This document shows, piece after piece, positions 9,663-19,838 of a stretch of DNA of 64,000 nucleotides. How positions within the stretch are numbered: position 1 is the first letter of the stretch; each line of letters begins with the position of its first letter. A program made the translations under genes and the position numbers. Source of the DNA: an uncultured delta proteobacterium (GTDB lineage: Bacteria; Desulfobacterota; Binatia; UBA9968). The stretch is taken from positions 768,001 through 832,000 of the forward strand of contig CAVSHR010000005.1 in NCBI GenBank assembly GCA_963727625.1, written 5' to 3'. A model generated the notes under the pieces. It saw only the letters and a program-made list of their open reading frames with translations, made no database searches and was not told the DNA's origin.

Positions 9663-12600
9663 CTATTCGTTCTCGATTTCCGGATTGGGATTTCTCAGCT
9701 TCGCCCCGTAGGTCGTCCGCGGTTTGGTGTTCAGCTCGGCGAGCAGGCCATAGTTCAGGGGCCGGGATTTCAGTTTAACCACGTGGCTGTCCGGTTCGTT
9801 GATGTCGCCAAAGACAATCGCCTGCGTCGGACATGCCTGCTGGCACGCCGTAACGATTTCGCCGTCGCGCACTCGGCGGTCTTCTTTTTCGGCGCCGATC
9901 TTCGCCTGATTGATGCGCTGCACGCAGTAGGTGCATTTTTCCATGACGCCGCGCGAGCGCACGGTCACATCGGGATTCCGCGAAAGCTTCAAACTCTCGG
10001 TCTTAAAGTCGCTGTAGAGAAAAAAATTGAAGCGGCGAACTTTGTACGGGCAGTTGTTCGAGCAGTAACGAGTGCCGACACAGCGATTGTAGACCATGTC
10101 GTTCAGCCCCTCGTGGCTATGATTGGTGGCACCCACCGGGCAGACCAACTCGCAAGGCGCATTTTCGCATTGCATGCACGGCACGGGCTGATGATAGGTT
10201 TGCGGATTATTCAGATCGCCTTTGTAATAACGATCGATACGGATCCAGTGCATCTCGCGGCCGCGCATCACTTCCTTTTTGCCGACCACCGGTCCGTTGT
10301 TTTCGGCTTCACAGGCGACCACGCAGGCGTTGCAGCCGATGCAAGCGTTGATATCGATGGACATACCCCAGGCATAGCCGTCATATTTGAAGCCCGGATA
10401 AAGACTTTCCGCGTGTTCCACTTCCCCCGCCATTTCGTGGACAAACTTCGGATTCTTGCGATATTCATCCAGCGTGCCGACACGCAGCAGATGACGCCCT
10501 TCCATCAAGTGGTGAAACTGTGTGCAGGCGAGCGGATAGCGCTCGCCGGTTTTGCGAAGGCGCAGCCCCGCCCCCTGTGAAACAGCGGACGAGGTTAACA
10601 GCGCGGTCGCGTTGAAGCCGAGATTCGTTCCAACCTTGCCCGCTCGCGTTCGCCCGTATCCTAAGTGCAGCGTCACGCAATCGTCGGCGTGGCCGGGTAA
10701 AATCCACGCTGGCCCGCTCAGCTTTCGCCCGCCATGCTCCAGCTCGACCACGTCTGCGTGAAGGGTTCCATGTTCCCCGCCGGTCGAACCGATCTGGTAT
10801 GAAATCCCAAACTTCTTCGCCGTCGCCGGGCTGATGAGTACGGCATTGTCCCAAGTGATCTTGGTGAGCGGCTTAGGCAACTCCTGGAGCCAGCCGTTGT
10901 TGGCAAAGCTGCCGTCGAGGATCGTCGGATCGCAGCGCAAGATGAACTCCAGAGACCTCTCCGCATCGGCCGCCGGACTCTTGGCACGGAGCGCGGCGTC
11001 CGAGTCTTGCGCCTCGAAACTCCCGGCAACTTTGATTTGCACCGGCTTCGGCCCGAAGGCGGTGCCGGCCACCACGCCATCGTGCAACGCCAGGCGCCAT
11101 GCCGCATCAAAATTTTTGCCGGACAACTGGCGGCGCCAATAGTCACGCACGATCTCGTAGCTCGATCGTCCCGGGTTACCGACGACGGCGGCGAGAACTT
11201 CATGCGCCGTGCGCCCGCCGTAGATGGGCGCGATCAGCGGCTGCAAGATCGTGGCGGTGCCGTCAAACGCGCGCACATCGCTCCAAGACTCCAGGTAATG
11301 GGCTTCCGGGATATGCCAGTGACACAACGCCGAGGTTTCATCGTCGTAAAGCGATAGATGGACGTTGAAATTCGATTTCACCAGGTGCCCGGCAAAGTCG
11401 AGATCCGCCGGCGCGGTGTACACCGGGTTGCCGCCGATCATGATTAGCACCTGCACCGTATTGGCTTCCATGTCGCGCACCAGATCGCGCAGTGATTCGA
11501 TTTGATTGATCGGATTCGCGACGACGGAATCCGTGTAGATCACGGTGGCGCCAACGTTTCCCAAGGAGTGATTCATCGCGTGCGCGAGAGCGTGAACGAT
11601 GGGCGGCTGTTCGTCCCCCGCCAAGATAATGCTGCGGCCTTGATGGCGCTGCAGATCACGGATCAAAGCGCCCAGCCATTTTGCCTGCGGTTTTGAAATA
11701 TCCGGCTTTTCTCCGGCGGCTTGCAAGCCCAAACCATTGGCGAGCAGGCGGGTAAAAGCCTCGATGGCGCTCGGACCGAGAGCGAGCCGATGATCAGCCA
11801 TCGCACCGGTCACGCTCGGCGCGCTTTCCACGGAATAGAGTCGGTTCATTTGGGCCTTGGGGCCGTCGACCCGGCGCTTGCTTGCAAAGTCGCGCGCGTA
11901 ACGAACGCTGCCGGGACCGTGAAATAAAAAATCCGCGTCGATGGACAGGATCACGTCCGCGGCATCGAACCGATAAAGCGTTTCGACGACGGCGCCGAAA
12001 GCGAGCCGTGAACCTTTTTGAGCAGAATCTCTTGGCAACGCTTCATACTGATGCCACTTGGCTCTCGGATACTTGGTCAATAGCTCTTTGAACTGCTGCG
12101 CCAAAGTCGGCGAGGTCACTGTCTCCGTTAAAATACGCAACCCCGACCCCTGGCTCAGACGCTGCGATTCGAGCTCCGTGTTGAGCGCCGTAAAAAACCC
12201 ATTCCACGTGCTGATGCGACCCGCGTTGTTGATCGCATGGGAGCGATCCGGATCGTAGAGGCCGAGCACCGAAGCCTGCGTAATCGCGTCCGTCGCGCCG
12301 AGACTTGCGGGATGTTCCGGGTTTCCCTCGACTTTGGTCGGTCGGCCCATATGGCTTTCGACCAGCACGCCGCGCCCGAAGCCGCGCAGCGGCATCGCCG
12401 TCGCAAAATAAAGCGGTTTTCCAGGGACGATCTCCTCGGGTTGCTTGACGTAAGGGACGATCTTTTCATCCGGCGGGGCCGGGGCCGAGCTCACGCAGCC
12501 ACCCAGGCCGGCCAGCGCAAGCGATGCGCCCATCAGCTTTAAAAAATCCCGCCGGTCCACGGCGTCGAGCCACGCCGCGGCATGACGCGGAGCTTCGCGA

Positions 12601-12710
12601 CTGACCAGCTCTTTGAACTCCGCGCTGTCGGCGAGTTCTTCGAGACAGCGCCAATACTCTGGACCGCGCGCGCCGGAAAGACGCTGGCGAATGGCCTTTA
12701 GATCGTGCAC
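9663..12710 (-). CDS. actB: Alternative complex III subunit B (molybdopterin-oxidoreductase-like domain plus Fe-S domain)
   Basis: EYWRCLEEL followed by Tat motif DRRDFLK and a lipobox-like GGC. GRPTKVEGNPEHP. C-terminal Fe-S motifs CIGCNAC, CMQCENAPCELVCP, CVGTRYCSNNCPY and EKCTYC. Confidence 0.96.
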   Translation of the reverse strand: MHDLKAIRQRLSGARGPEYWRCLEELADSAEFKELVSREAPRHAAAWLDAVDRRDFLKLMGASLALAGLGGCVSSAPAPPDEKIVPYVKQPEEIVPGKPLYFATAMPLRGFGRGVLVESHMGRPTKVEGNPEHPASLGATDAITQASVLGLYDPDRSHAINNAGRISTWNGFFTALNTELESQRLSQGSGLRILTETVTSPTLAQQFKELLTKYPRAKWHQYEALPRDSAQKGSRLAFGAVVETLYRFDAADVILSIDADFLFHGPGSVRYARDFASKRRVDGPKAQMNRLYSVESAPSVTGAMADHRLALGPSAIEAFTRLLANGLGLQAAGEKPDISKPQAKWLGALIRDLQRHQGRSIILAGDEQPPIVHALAHAMNHSLGNVGATVIYTDSVVANPINQIESLRDLVRDMEANTVQVLIMIGGNPVYTAPADLDFAGHLVKSNFNVHLSLYDDETSALCHWHIPEAHYLESWSDVRAFDGTATILQPLIAPIYGGRTAHEVLAAVVGNPGRSSYEIVRDYWRRQLSGKNFDAAWRLALHDGVVAGTAFGPKPVQIKVAGSFEAQDSDAALRAKSPAADAERSLEFILRCDPTILDGSFANNGWLQELPKPLTKITWDNAVLISPATAKKFGISYQIGSTGGEHGTLHADVVELEHGGRKLSGPAWILPGHADDCVTLHLGYGRTRAGKVGTNLGFNATALLTSSAVSQGAGLRLRKTGERYPLACTQFHHLMEGRHLLRVGTLDEYRKNPKFVHEMAGEVEHAESLYPGFKYDGYAWGMSIDINACIGCNACVVACEAENNGPVVGKKEVMRGREMHWIRIDRYYKGDLNNPQTYHQPVPCMQCENAPCELVCPVGATNHSHEGLNDMVYNRCVGTRYCSNNCPYKVRRFNFFLYSDFKTESLKLSRNPDVTVRSRGVMEKCTYCVQRINQAKIGAEKEDRRVRDGEIVTACQQACPTQAIVFGDINEPDSHVVKLKSRPLNYGLLAELNTKPRTTYGAKLRNPNPEIENE

Positions 12711-12735
12711 CTTGTCGCTCCTCTGCGTTTTCCTC

Positions 12736-13386
12736 TTAGCGATGGCAAGTCGAGCAGCTCGTCAGTTTTTGTATCTTGTATTCTTTGACCAATTTCTCAC
12801 CCAGCGCAATTTGATCGGCCGGCTGCTGATAGTCCATGTCGAATACATACTCGCGCGGCCGCACGTAACGTTCCGGCGCGCGGTGACATTCGAGGCACCA
12901 GTCCATGTACAGGGTGTTTTCACGCCACATAAGCGGCATCTTGTCGACCCGGCCGTGACAAGTCGAACAGCCAACACCTTTGTGAATGTGAATGCTGTGG
13001 TCGAAGTAGACGAAGCCGGGCAGGTTGTGCACGCGCGTCCATTGAATCGCTTTGCCGGTGCGAAAACTGTCCCGCACCGGCTCCAAAACCGGACTATCCG
13101 ACCAGATCTGCGTGTGGCAATTCATACAGGTTTTGGTGGGCGGGATGCCCGCGAAAAAACTTTCTTCGACGGAAGTATGGCAATAACGGCAATCGATACC
13201 GTCGTCACCGACGTGATGCTTGTGACTGAACGGCACAGGCTGGCCCCGCGCCACGCCAACCTCGGTAATGTAAGGGGATTCGTTGATTGCCGCGACCGCG
13301 GCCACTAAGGCGACGACGAGTAACACACCGCCAAAGATGGTGAGTCTGGAGATCGTGTTTGTGCTTGGATGAAATATCTGGGCCAT
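12736..13386 (-). CDS. actA: Alternative complex III pentaheme cytochrome c subunit A
   Basis: MAQIFHP start, one TM helix, QPVPFSHKHH and five CxxCH motifs (CRYCH, CMNCH, CSTCH, CLECH, CSTCH). Confidence 0.95.
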   Translation of the reverse strand: MAQIFHPSTNTISRLTIFGGVLLVVALVAAVAAINESPYITEVGVARGQPVPFSHKHHVGDDGIDCRYCHTSVEESFFAGIPPTKTCMNCHTQIWSDSPVLEPVRDSFRTGKAIQWTRVHNLPGFVYFDHSIHIHKGVGCSTCHGRVDKMPLMWRENTLYMDWCLECHRAPERYVRPREYVFDMDYQQPADQIALGEKLVKEYKIQKLTSCSTCHR

Positions 13387-13643
13387 CGGCTTTTACCAAG
13401 CTGCTGGCCGGGAACGCGTGCTCAAGAGCAAAATCCTCTGCAGTCGTAATTCCCGCGTCCGAACATGAAACTCGCGACGCGCGTTGACCCAATCGTCACG
13501 CGCCAGATTTTCAAGAACTGATGATCTTCGCGACTCCCAAATTCACATATGCGGTTCAGTATTGATCCTACACCCGGAGTTTTTGCCGTCAATAACTCTC
13601 CAGATCAAATTAGCAATAGACCACTGTGAGCTATACTGGTGTC

Positions 13644-13910
13644 AGCAGCTAGCCGACCGAGAGGGTTGTTTAGCGGCACCGGGTGACACTCGCATCTTGG
13701 CGATTCGCCATTGCGCGAGGAGCGTAAGCAACCCTGGGGCATCAACGAAACTAGGAAGAGCACCCGTCGAACGAAAGTTCCCGTCGCAAGCCCATGCGAC
13801 GGGGTGGAAATTTAAAAACTGATGATTACCCGAAGACAGGCCGTCGCAACAGCGGGCCCGTAGAGAAGAATACTTCGAGAGTCGGCGAGTTCAATCGCCG
13901 GATCGGTAAG
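13644..13910 (+). ncRNA. Candidate structured non-coding RNA or leader (family unknown)
   Basis: TATACT -10-like box at 13632-13637. 11-bp helix AGGGTTGTTTA (13662-13672) with TAAGCAACCCT (13725-13735), enclosing nested hairpins. GAAC-GAAA-GTTC tetraloop hairpin. CCCGTCGCA/TGCGACGGG hairpin. Confidence 0.35.
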
Positions 13911-13943
13911 GAAATGTCATGATCGAATCCGCCGGATGGCTAG

Positions 13944-14171
13944 TCAATTCCACGTGACCATGTCCGTGATCACGATTTCTTCTGAAGAAACCAAAGAGCG
14001 GGTGCCGTCATCCCAACAGACATTGACCAACTGGCCGCCCTCGCCTTCGAGCTCATAGACGATCGTTCCTTCGGTCGCGGCGCCGATGGTGCCATCAATA
14101 TCGAGGATTTCGCTAGCCGCGCGACAGCGAAGTCCCTTGAGACTGACATCTATCATTCCTTGCGCCTCCAT
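13944..14171 (-). CDS. Small hypothetical protein (predicted beta-rich, SH3-like pattern)
   Basis: 75-aa ORF with ATG start. The GTIVYEL...LVNVCWDDG pattern is typical of small beta-barrels. Confidence 0.6.
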   Translation of the reverse strand: MEAQGMIDVSLKGLRCRAASEILDIDGTIGAATEGTIVYELEGEGGQLVNVCWDDGTRSLVSSEEIVITDMVTWN

Positions 14172-14502
14172 CGATTCATAAATCTAAAAATGCCCTTTTC
14201 CCCTTTTAAAAATTGGCACTCTAATCATGAATAAATGGTCAATTCAAGCCTGCAGCGATTAAAACCTAAGCCTGTCTTCGCAAGGCGGTGAAGCCGTTAA
14301 AATTTTCCAACTTTTTGAAATTAGGTTTCACTTCATGGTACAGGCTTTGCGGACGCCGCGAGCAGGACATTTGCTCCACCACCACGGCCATCCGCGCCGC
14401 GGTAGGACACAATCCAGACTGAGGCCCGAGCCTATTCAACGGTTCAAGTGAACCTCTGGAAGGATCTAAAGCTTCCGAAGAAATTTATCGAGCAGGGAAA
14501 AC

Positions 14503-14874
14503 TTAGAAAAGGCGGAAACCGCCAAAGCCATATTCTCCGATCGGCTTCCCGGTTTTGGCGTCGAAGATATCGATGAGCATGAATTTGTCCGGATGACCGG
14601 CGAGAAAGTGAGAGAATGTGTCTATAAACTCTTCCTGGTGCGTGGCGTCGGCATGCATAAAACCTTCGCCGACATAAAGCCGGTGCGGCCGTTTGGTGCT
14701 GTCCAATCTAACCCAATAGCGAGAGCCGTTGGCTCCAGCTTTGTCTAACCACTTTCGATATTGGGCAACCCGAGCGTCGATCTCCTTGAAACTGATATTT
14801 TCAGCCGTCGCAAACGTCGGAAACAACAATGCGGATGCTAAGAGGAAAATCTGAATTCTTCCTAGCACCCGCAT
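14503..14874 (-). CDS. Hypothetical exported protein
   Basis: GGGAGAG RBS before MRVLGRIQIFLLASALLFPTFATA (signal peptide). Directly downstream of the OmpA gene. Confidence 0.75.
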   Translation of the reverse strand: MRVLGRIQIFLLASALLFPTFATAENISFKEIDARVAQYRKWLDKAGANGSRYWVRLDSTKRPHRLYVGEGFMHADATHQEEFIDTFSHFLAGHPDKFMLIDIFDAKTGKPIGEYGFGGFRLF

Positions 14875-14902
14875 TGAGAACTCTCCCAACTATCCTTCTT
14901 TT

Positions 14903-15622
14903 CTAGTTAACTTTAACTTCAACTCGGCGGTTCTTCGCCCGACCTTCTCGAGTCTTATTGTCCGCAATCGGCTTGCTTTCGCCGAACCCTTGTCCGGATA
15001 CGCGATTCCCGGCAACGCCCTTCTTCACGATATAGTCTCTGACCGAATTGACGCGCCGTTCCGACAGAGCCTGGTTGTAAGCTTCCGTGCCAATGCTGTC
15101 GGTGTGACCGGACAGGGACACTTTCTTATCTTTGTTCTCGTTCATGAAGGTGACCAAGCGATCCAAGATCGCCGCGGCTTCCGGTTTGATGTTGCTCTTG
15201 TCGAAGTCGAAAAGAACATCATCGAGGATGATCGTCCGCTCAACCCTTGGTGCCGGCTTTGGCTTTGGTGCCGGCGGCGGCGGAGGCGGCGGCGGAGCCG
15301 GTCTCGGCTTTGGTTTGGGACGCGGCTTTGGTGCCGGCGGCGGCGGTGGTGGTGGAGCCGGTTTAGGTTTTGGCTCCTCCGCCAGTAAATAAGCTAATCC
15401 ACCGCAAATGAGAGCCCCCGTCACTGCGCCGATCGCTGCGCCTGCCCCTTCGTTGCGACGGTCGCCAACGTTATGCCCTACGGCACTTCCCCCGGCACCG
15501 CCTACAGCACCGCATACGGCGGCGCCTGTAAGAGCCGCCTTCTGCTTATAGGTCATCCCCGCGCAACCAGACGATAGGAAAAACCCGGCCGCAATCAGCG
15601 CTAGATGCTTATTCTTGCCCAT
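14903..15622 (-). CDS. OmpA-family peptidoglycan-binding lipoprotein with glycine zipper and Pro-rich linker
   Basis: Lipobox SSGC, Gly-zipper helices and a duplicated PAPPPPPPPAPKP linker. OmpA_C motifs LFDFDKS, GHTDSIG, NQALSERR and NRRVEV. Confidence 0.95.
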   Translation of the reverse strand: MGKNKHLALIAAGFFLSSGCAGMTYKQKAALTGAAVCGAVGGAGGSAVGHNVGDRRNEGAGAAIGAVTGALICGGLAYLLAEEPKPKPAPPPPPPPAPKPRPKPKPRPAPPPPPPPPAPKPKPAPRVERTIILDDVLFDFDKSNIKPEAAAILDRLVTFMNENKDKKVSLSGHTDSIGTEAYNQALSERRVNSVRDYIVKKGVAGNRVSGQGFGESKPIADNKTREGRAKNRRVEVKVN

Positions 15623-15661
15623 CTATGCCTCCCAGCAAAATTAGTGTAAAAAGTTTCATCC

Positions 15662-15690
15662 AAACTAAAATAGGATCAGTTCAATGTCAA
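15662..15690 (-). promoter_or_regulatory. Sigma70-type promoter for the OmpA gene
   Basis: Minus strand TTGACA (15690-15685), 17-nt spacer, TAGTTT (15667-15662), 40 nt upstream of the ATG. A second TTGACA lies at 15780-15775. Confidence 0.55.
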
Positions 15691-16262
15691 GCAGTTTCTT
15701 ATATATCTTTCAAATACCGCAATGCCCATTTCAGAGGTCTTTTGCCCCGCTAGTTAATGATCTTATAGCTCTTTTGTCAAGAATTTTTGGCCCCAAACCG
15801 GTATGAAAGCCAGAATTTCAAAATCAAGACGCCCACTAGCAAAACGCTAAGACCTTTGGTCGAGGTCGGCGCGGCGGATTTTATTGACCCTCGCGGGTCG
15901 GACAGAACGGACCCGGGAAAAAAATCGAGGGTGAACCCGCGATCGCGACGCGTTCAAAACACGCTGCTTGCCGCCGCTGGGGCAACCCTTTGGCGCGGGC
16001 CGCGACTCTGGCATCTATCCCAAGCACGCCTAAGCACGGCAATTTTTTGACTCCATTATCAGAAGGCACTGGCAGGCGTAAGCAAGTCAAAGAACTTTTT
16101 TGCGGCCCAAACTTGAAGATCGTCATTTTTGCTTGCCAAGCCATACAGCAATCCGCCCTTCGCAATTCATCGTCGTCTCGGAATCACTATGGCACCGTCG
16201 CATTCCGAGAAAGCATCATCCCGATCGCGCCAGACAACAAAGCGAGATCCATATCATCCAAC

Positions 16263-16694
16263 TCAATTTAGATTCGACGTGCAGTGCGCACATTTTGTCG
16301 CGTTGACAGGAATCGCGGACAGACAATGCGGGCAATCTTTGGTGCTCGGCGCCGCTGCCGGCGCCGGTCGCTGCATCCGATTGATCTGTTTGATGAGCAG
16401 GAATATCGCAAACGCAATGATTAAAAAATTAAGAATGTTATTAAAAAAGATGCCGTAATTGAGCGTCGCCGCCCCCGCCGCCTTGGCCGCCGCCACGCTT
16501 GGATATTCCTTGCCGGATAAATTGATGAATAGATTTGAAAAATCCACGTTGCCCAAAGCTAAACCGATGGGCGGCATAAGCACGTCCTCGACGAGCGACG
16601 CCACGATCTTACCAAACGCCCCACCGATCACGACGCCGACGGCCAAATCCACGACGTTCCCCCTCATGACAAAAGCTTTAAACTCACTATACAT
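16263..16694 (-). CDS. mscL: Large-conductance mechanosensitive channel with C-terminal zinc ribbon
   Basis: [28 protein letters not shown] and [17 protein letters not shown]-terminal CPHC...CAHC. Confidence 0.97.
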   Translation of the reverse strand: MYSEFKAFVMRGNVVDLAVGVVIGGAFGKIVASLVEDVLMPPIGLALGNVDFSNLFINLSGKEYPSVAAAKAAGAATLNYGIFFNNILNFLIIAFAIFLLIKQINRMQRPAPAAAPSTKDCPHCLSAIPVNATKCAHCTSNLN

Positions 16695-16905
16695 TTTCCT
16701 CTCCTTTCCAATAATCCGATTGATCCCTCGCGCTCAGTTAAAAGGGGCAATCCGTGGGAAGCTTATATGTCATGGAAAAATGTGATGTCAATCCAATGGG
16801 CAGACAACTTGGATAGATTTGGACAGTCTAAGAGATGTGCCAATGAACTTAATCGATTGGCGCAAAATCCAAGCTTAAACTTCGGTTGCTGAGCCATTTT
16901 TCAAC

Positions 16906-19827
16906 ATGTATCGTTTTTCCATGACCCCCACGGCGCGCACCGGGCTAAGGTTCATTAGCATATTCTTCGCTTTACTTGCGTTCATTTACGTCTCGCTCTT
17001 TTTCGTTGTTCAGTCGGCCAAGGTTCGAACCTGGATACAGGCAGAGCTGTCGGGACGAAGCGGCACTGAAATACGCGTTGCGTCGCTTCACCTGCTTCCG
17101 CCGATGATTATCCGTGCCGACGGTGTGGAGATTTCCAAGCCTGGGGAATTTCTGCTGAAGAGTCGCCGGCTAACCGCGACGATCACGCCGCTGGATCTTT
17201 TTTCAAAAACCATTCATCGCTTAAAATTCGAAGAGCCGGTGCTTGAGCTCGACGTCCTCGAAATGAGCCAATCGCCGGACAAAACAACCGGCCAAATCGC
17301 GCTCCGCAATTTAAATGTTCAAGGTGGCACAATCATCTTAAAAAAAGGCGAGAGTGTTATTTTTGAGCTACCGAAGATCAACTTGGACGCGCAGAATTTT
17401 AACCTTGGCGAGCAAGCCGGGATGAAGCTTCAAGCCGATATTCCCCAGCTCGACGGCGCAGCGGAGCTTCGGCTCGCCGGTCGACTTTCCGGCCTACAAG
17501 CGGAGATCGTCATCCGTCCGAAGAAGACGCCGCGCCCGTTTGGCACGCAAAAAACCGACGGCGCAGCGCCCGAGTTATTGCATCTCAAGGCCAGCATGCA
17601 TCTGCCGGACCAAGGGGCCGCCGAAGCCGAGATCGAGACTAAATTTCAAGGTTTAGGAATTGGTGACACCAAGTTTAGCGGCTCACTCGACGCGCGCGTC
17701 GGGCTCAACCGTGAATTCACCGCCGCCGAATTCACCGGCCAATTAACTTTAGAAAGCTTGCCCCAAGCGCTCGTGTCGGCGGCGTTCAAGATTCCCAATG
17801 GCTCCAGTGCCGCGAATTTTTTCGGCAGACTTGCGATTCCTGAAAAACGACTGACATTTAAATTACTGCGGCTCGTCTCACCTATGGGCAGCGGCACCGG
17901 CGAGGGTGAAATGGTTTTTGTTGCGCAACCGCATATTTCAAAAGCGAATCTGCGCTGGCGCGACGCGCCGCTAGAAATTTTGCAACCGCTCCTTCCCGCG
18001 CCTTTGACTCGCTGGAATTACAACGGGCGCGGGCAAATCAACGCCGAGTTAACGGGAGCGTGGAATGCGCCCCAGGTCAAAGGTATCGCGCGCGGGGACA
18101 GCATCCAGGTTCGCAGCGATAACGTCAAGGTCGCGAGTGTCAAATTCGTAGCACCCTTCGAGTGGAATTCTCCGACCTTGCACATAAAAGAAGCGACGCT
18201 CGACGCGGCGAATTTCATTTACGTTCGCGAGAATCGCTGGCAGTTGGCGGCCGCGCGCATCCAAGCGAGCGCGTCGTCCACATTCACGGCCAACGAGCCG
18301 TGGAAAATCAGTGGCCGCTTCGAAACCACTGGCGGCAAGTTCAATTCGCCCGACAGCGCCAAGGTCGGCGAGAATTTGGCGCTCAGCGGATCTTTCGAAG
18401 CCGCGCCTCGTTCCGGCGCCGACTCCCTCAGTCTGGCCGGCAAAGTCAAAGTTAGCACCGGAGAATTGCTTTGGGGCAAATTTTTCGGTGATCTGAAAAC
18501 CCAAAAGCCGGAACTCGATTTCGACGCGGATTATTTTAAAAGCGCGGATCGACTCGACTGCCGACGCTGCAGTTTAAGTCTCGCCGATGTCGGCACAGTC
18601 GACGGGAGCGGCTCCATCAACCGCATCAGCACCGCTCCCGAGCTCCGCCTGCGGGCGCGCAGCGGGAATTTTTCGCCCGGCGCATTCTTCAATTTTTTTC
18701 TGCGCGAAACCTACAATCGTCGATTTCCCCTGCTCGACCAGCTCGCTTTGAGCGGGCAGCTCGCTTTTCAAACTGAAATACGCGGCGGCCTGAGCGATCT
18801 TTCGGTCGAAGGCGAGCTCGCGTTCAAGGCCGGCGAGATTCGAGTGAAATCCTGGAACTGGCAAATCGGGCCGCTGGCATTGAACCTTCCTTTCCAAGCC
18901 CGCTGGCCCGATGCCAAGAAGACTTCGCCCGGCGAGCAACGAATCGGCTCGCTGACCATCGACAGGGCACGATTCGGCGACCAATCGTTGGGGCCGATCA
19001 AGACCACCCTCTCCCTGGCCAACAACGCATTGCGCTTTCACCAACCGATTCGCTTGGCGCTGTTCGGCGGCGAGGTTTTGCTTGGAAATCTTTCCTGGCC
19101 GAATGTGCTGAAAGACCCAAAACAACTATCGTTCTCGCTTGAAAGCAAGCAACTGGAGCTTCAAGGACTTACCCGAGCTTTTAATTGGCCGCCTTTCAGC
19201 GGCACCTTGACCGGCTCGATTCCTGAAGTGCAATCGGTGGGCAATACGCTCAGGACCAACGGCGAGATTCAAGCGAAACTTTTCGGCGGCCGCCTAAGCA
19301 TGAGCAAGCTCGAGTTGGAAAATCCATTTTCATCCCTCGCCGCGTTCAAACTCGATGCCAAATTGGCGGATATTCAGCTCGAACAATTATCGAAGACCTT
19401 TGCCTTTGGACGAATCTCGGGCATTTTGGAAGGGACCGTCGATGATCTCATCGTTTCCGACGGCCAACCCGCCGAATTCAGCGCCGACCTGCATTCGGTG
19501 GATCGCGGCGCCGAGCAAAGGATCAGCGTGGAAGCGCTCAACAAGATCACCGTTTTGAGCTCGGGACAAAATGCCGGCGCTTTGTACGGCGGTCTCGCCG
19601 GTTTTTTCGACAGCTTTCGCTATAGCAAGTTGGGCTTCAAAGCGGTCTTGCGCAACGATCGGCTGACGTTACGCGGAGTCGAAACCCGCGGCGCAGAGGA
19701 ATATCTTGTCGTCGGCAGTTTTCTTCCGCCGACGGTAAACATCGTCAGCCACACTCAGAACATCGCCTTTTCCGAGCTCATGCGACGCTTGAAAAGAATT
19801 AAATCGAACAAACCCGAAGTCAAATAA
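16906..19827 (+). CDS. ydbH: YdbH/AsmA-like intermembrane bridge protein
   Basis: N-terminal TM anchor, a long beta-rich body and a YdbH-type C-terminus (GRISGILEG, FRYSKLGF). Followed by a YdbL-family gene. Confidence 0.7.
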   Translation: MYRFSMTPTARTGLRFISIFFALLAFIYVSLFFVVQSAKVRTWIQAELSGRSGTEIRVASLHLLPPMIIRADGVEISKPGEFLLKSRRLTATITPLDLFSKTIHRLKFEEPVLELDVLEMSQSPDKTTGQIALRNLNVQGGTIILKKGESVIFELPKINLDAQNFNLGEQAGMKLQADIPQLDGAAELRLAGRLSGLQAEIVIRPKKTPRPFGTQKTDGAAPELLHLKASMHLPDQGAAEAEIETKFQGLGIGDTKFSGSLDARVGLNREFTAAEFTGQLTLESLPQALVSAAFKIPNGSSAANFFGRLAIPEKRLTFKLLRLVSPMGSGTGEGEMVFVAQPHISKANLRWRDAPLEILQPLLPAPLTRWNYNGRGQINAELTGAWNAPQVKGIARGDSIQVRSDNVKVASVKFVAPFEWNSPTLHIKEATLDAANFIYVRENRWQLAAARIQASASSTFTANEPWKISGRFETTGGKFNSPDSAKVGENLALSGSFEAAPRSGADSLSLAGKVKVSTGELLWGKFFGDLKTQKPELDFDADYFKSADRLDCRRCSLSLADVGTVDGSGSINRISTAPELRLRARSGNFSPGAFFNFFLRETYNRRFPLLDQLALSGQLAFQTEIRGGLSDLSVEGELAFKAGEIRVKSWNWQIGPLALNLPFQARWPDAKKTSPGEQRIGSLTIDRARFGDQSLGPIKTTLSLANNALRFHQPIRLALFGGEVLLGNLSWPNVLKDPKQLSFSLESKQLELQGLTRAFNWPPFSGTLTGSIPEVQSVGNTLRTNGEIQAKLFGGRLSMSKLELENPFSSLAAFKLDAKLADIQLEQLSKTFAFGRISGILEGTVDDLIVSDGQPAEFSADLHSVDRGAEQRISVEALNKITVLSSGQNAGALYGGLAGFFDSFRYSKLGFKAVLRNDRLTLRGVETRGAEEYLVVGSFLPPTVNIVSHTQNIAFSELMRRLKRIKSNKPEVK

Positions 19828-19838
19828 CTGGAGGAATT

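Noticed and set aside
8021-10580. Long + strand ORFs (412 and 443 aa) and similar antisense ORFs throughout the window
   Set aside because: Shadow frames opposite well-supported genes, as expected in high-GC DNA; no motifs.
13746-13825. Hammerhead ribozyme (CGAAAC ... GTC ... CTGATGA words present)
   Set aside because: The required stems I and III do not pair around the core nucleotides.
15250-15375. GC-rich tandem repeats (GGCGGC..., GGTGCCGGCGGCGG twice)
   Set aside because: They encode the Pro/Lys linker of the OmpA protein; not CRISPR and not a mobile repeat.
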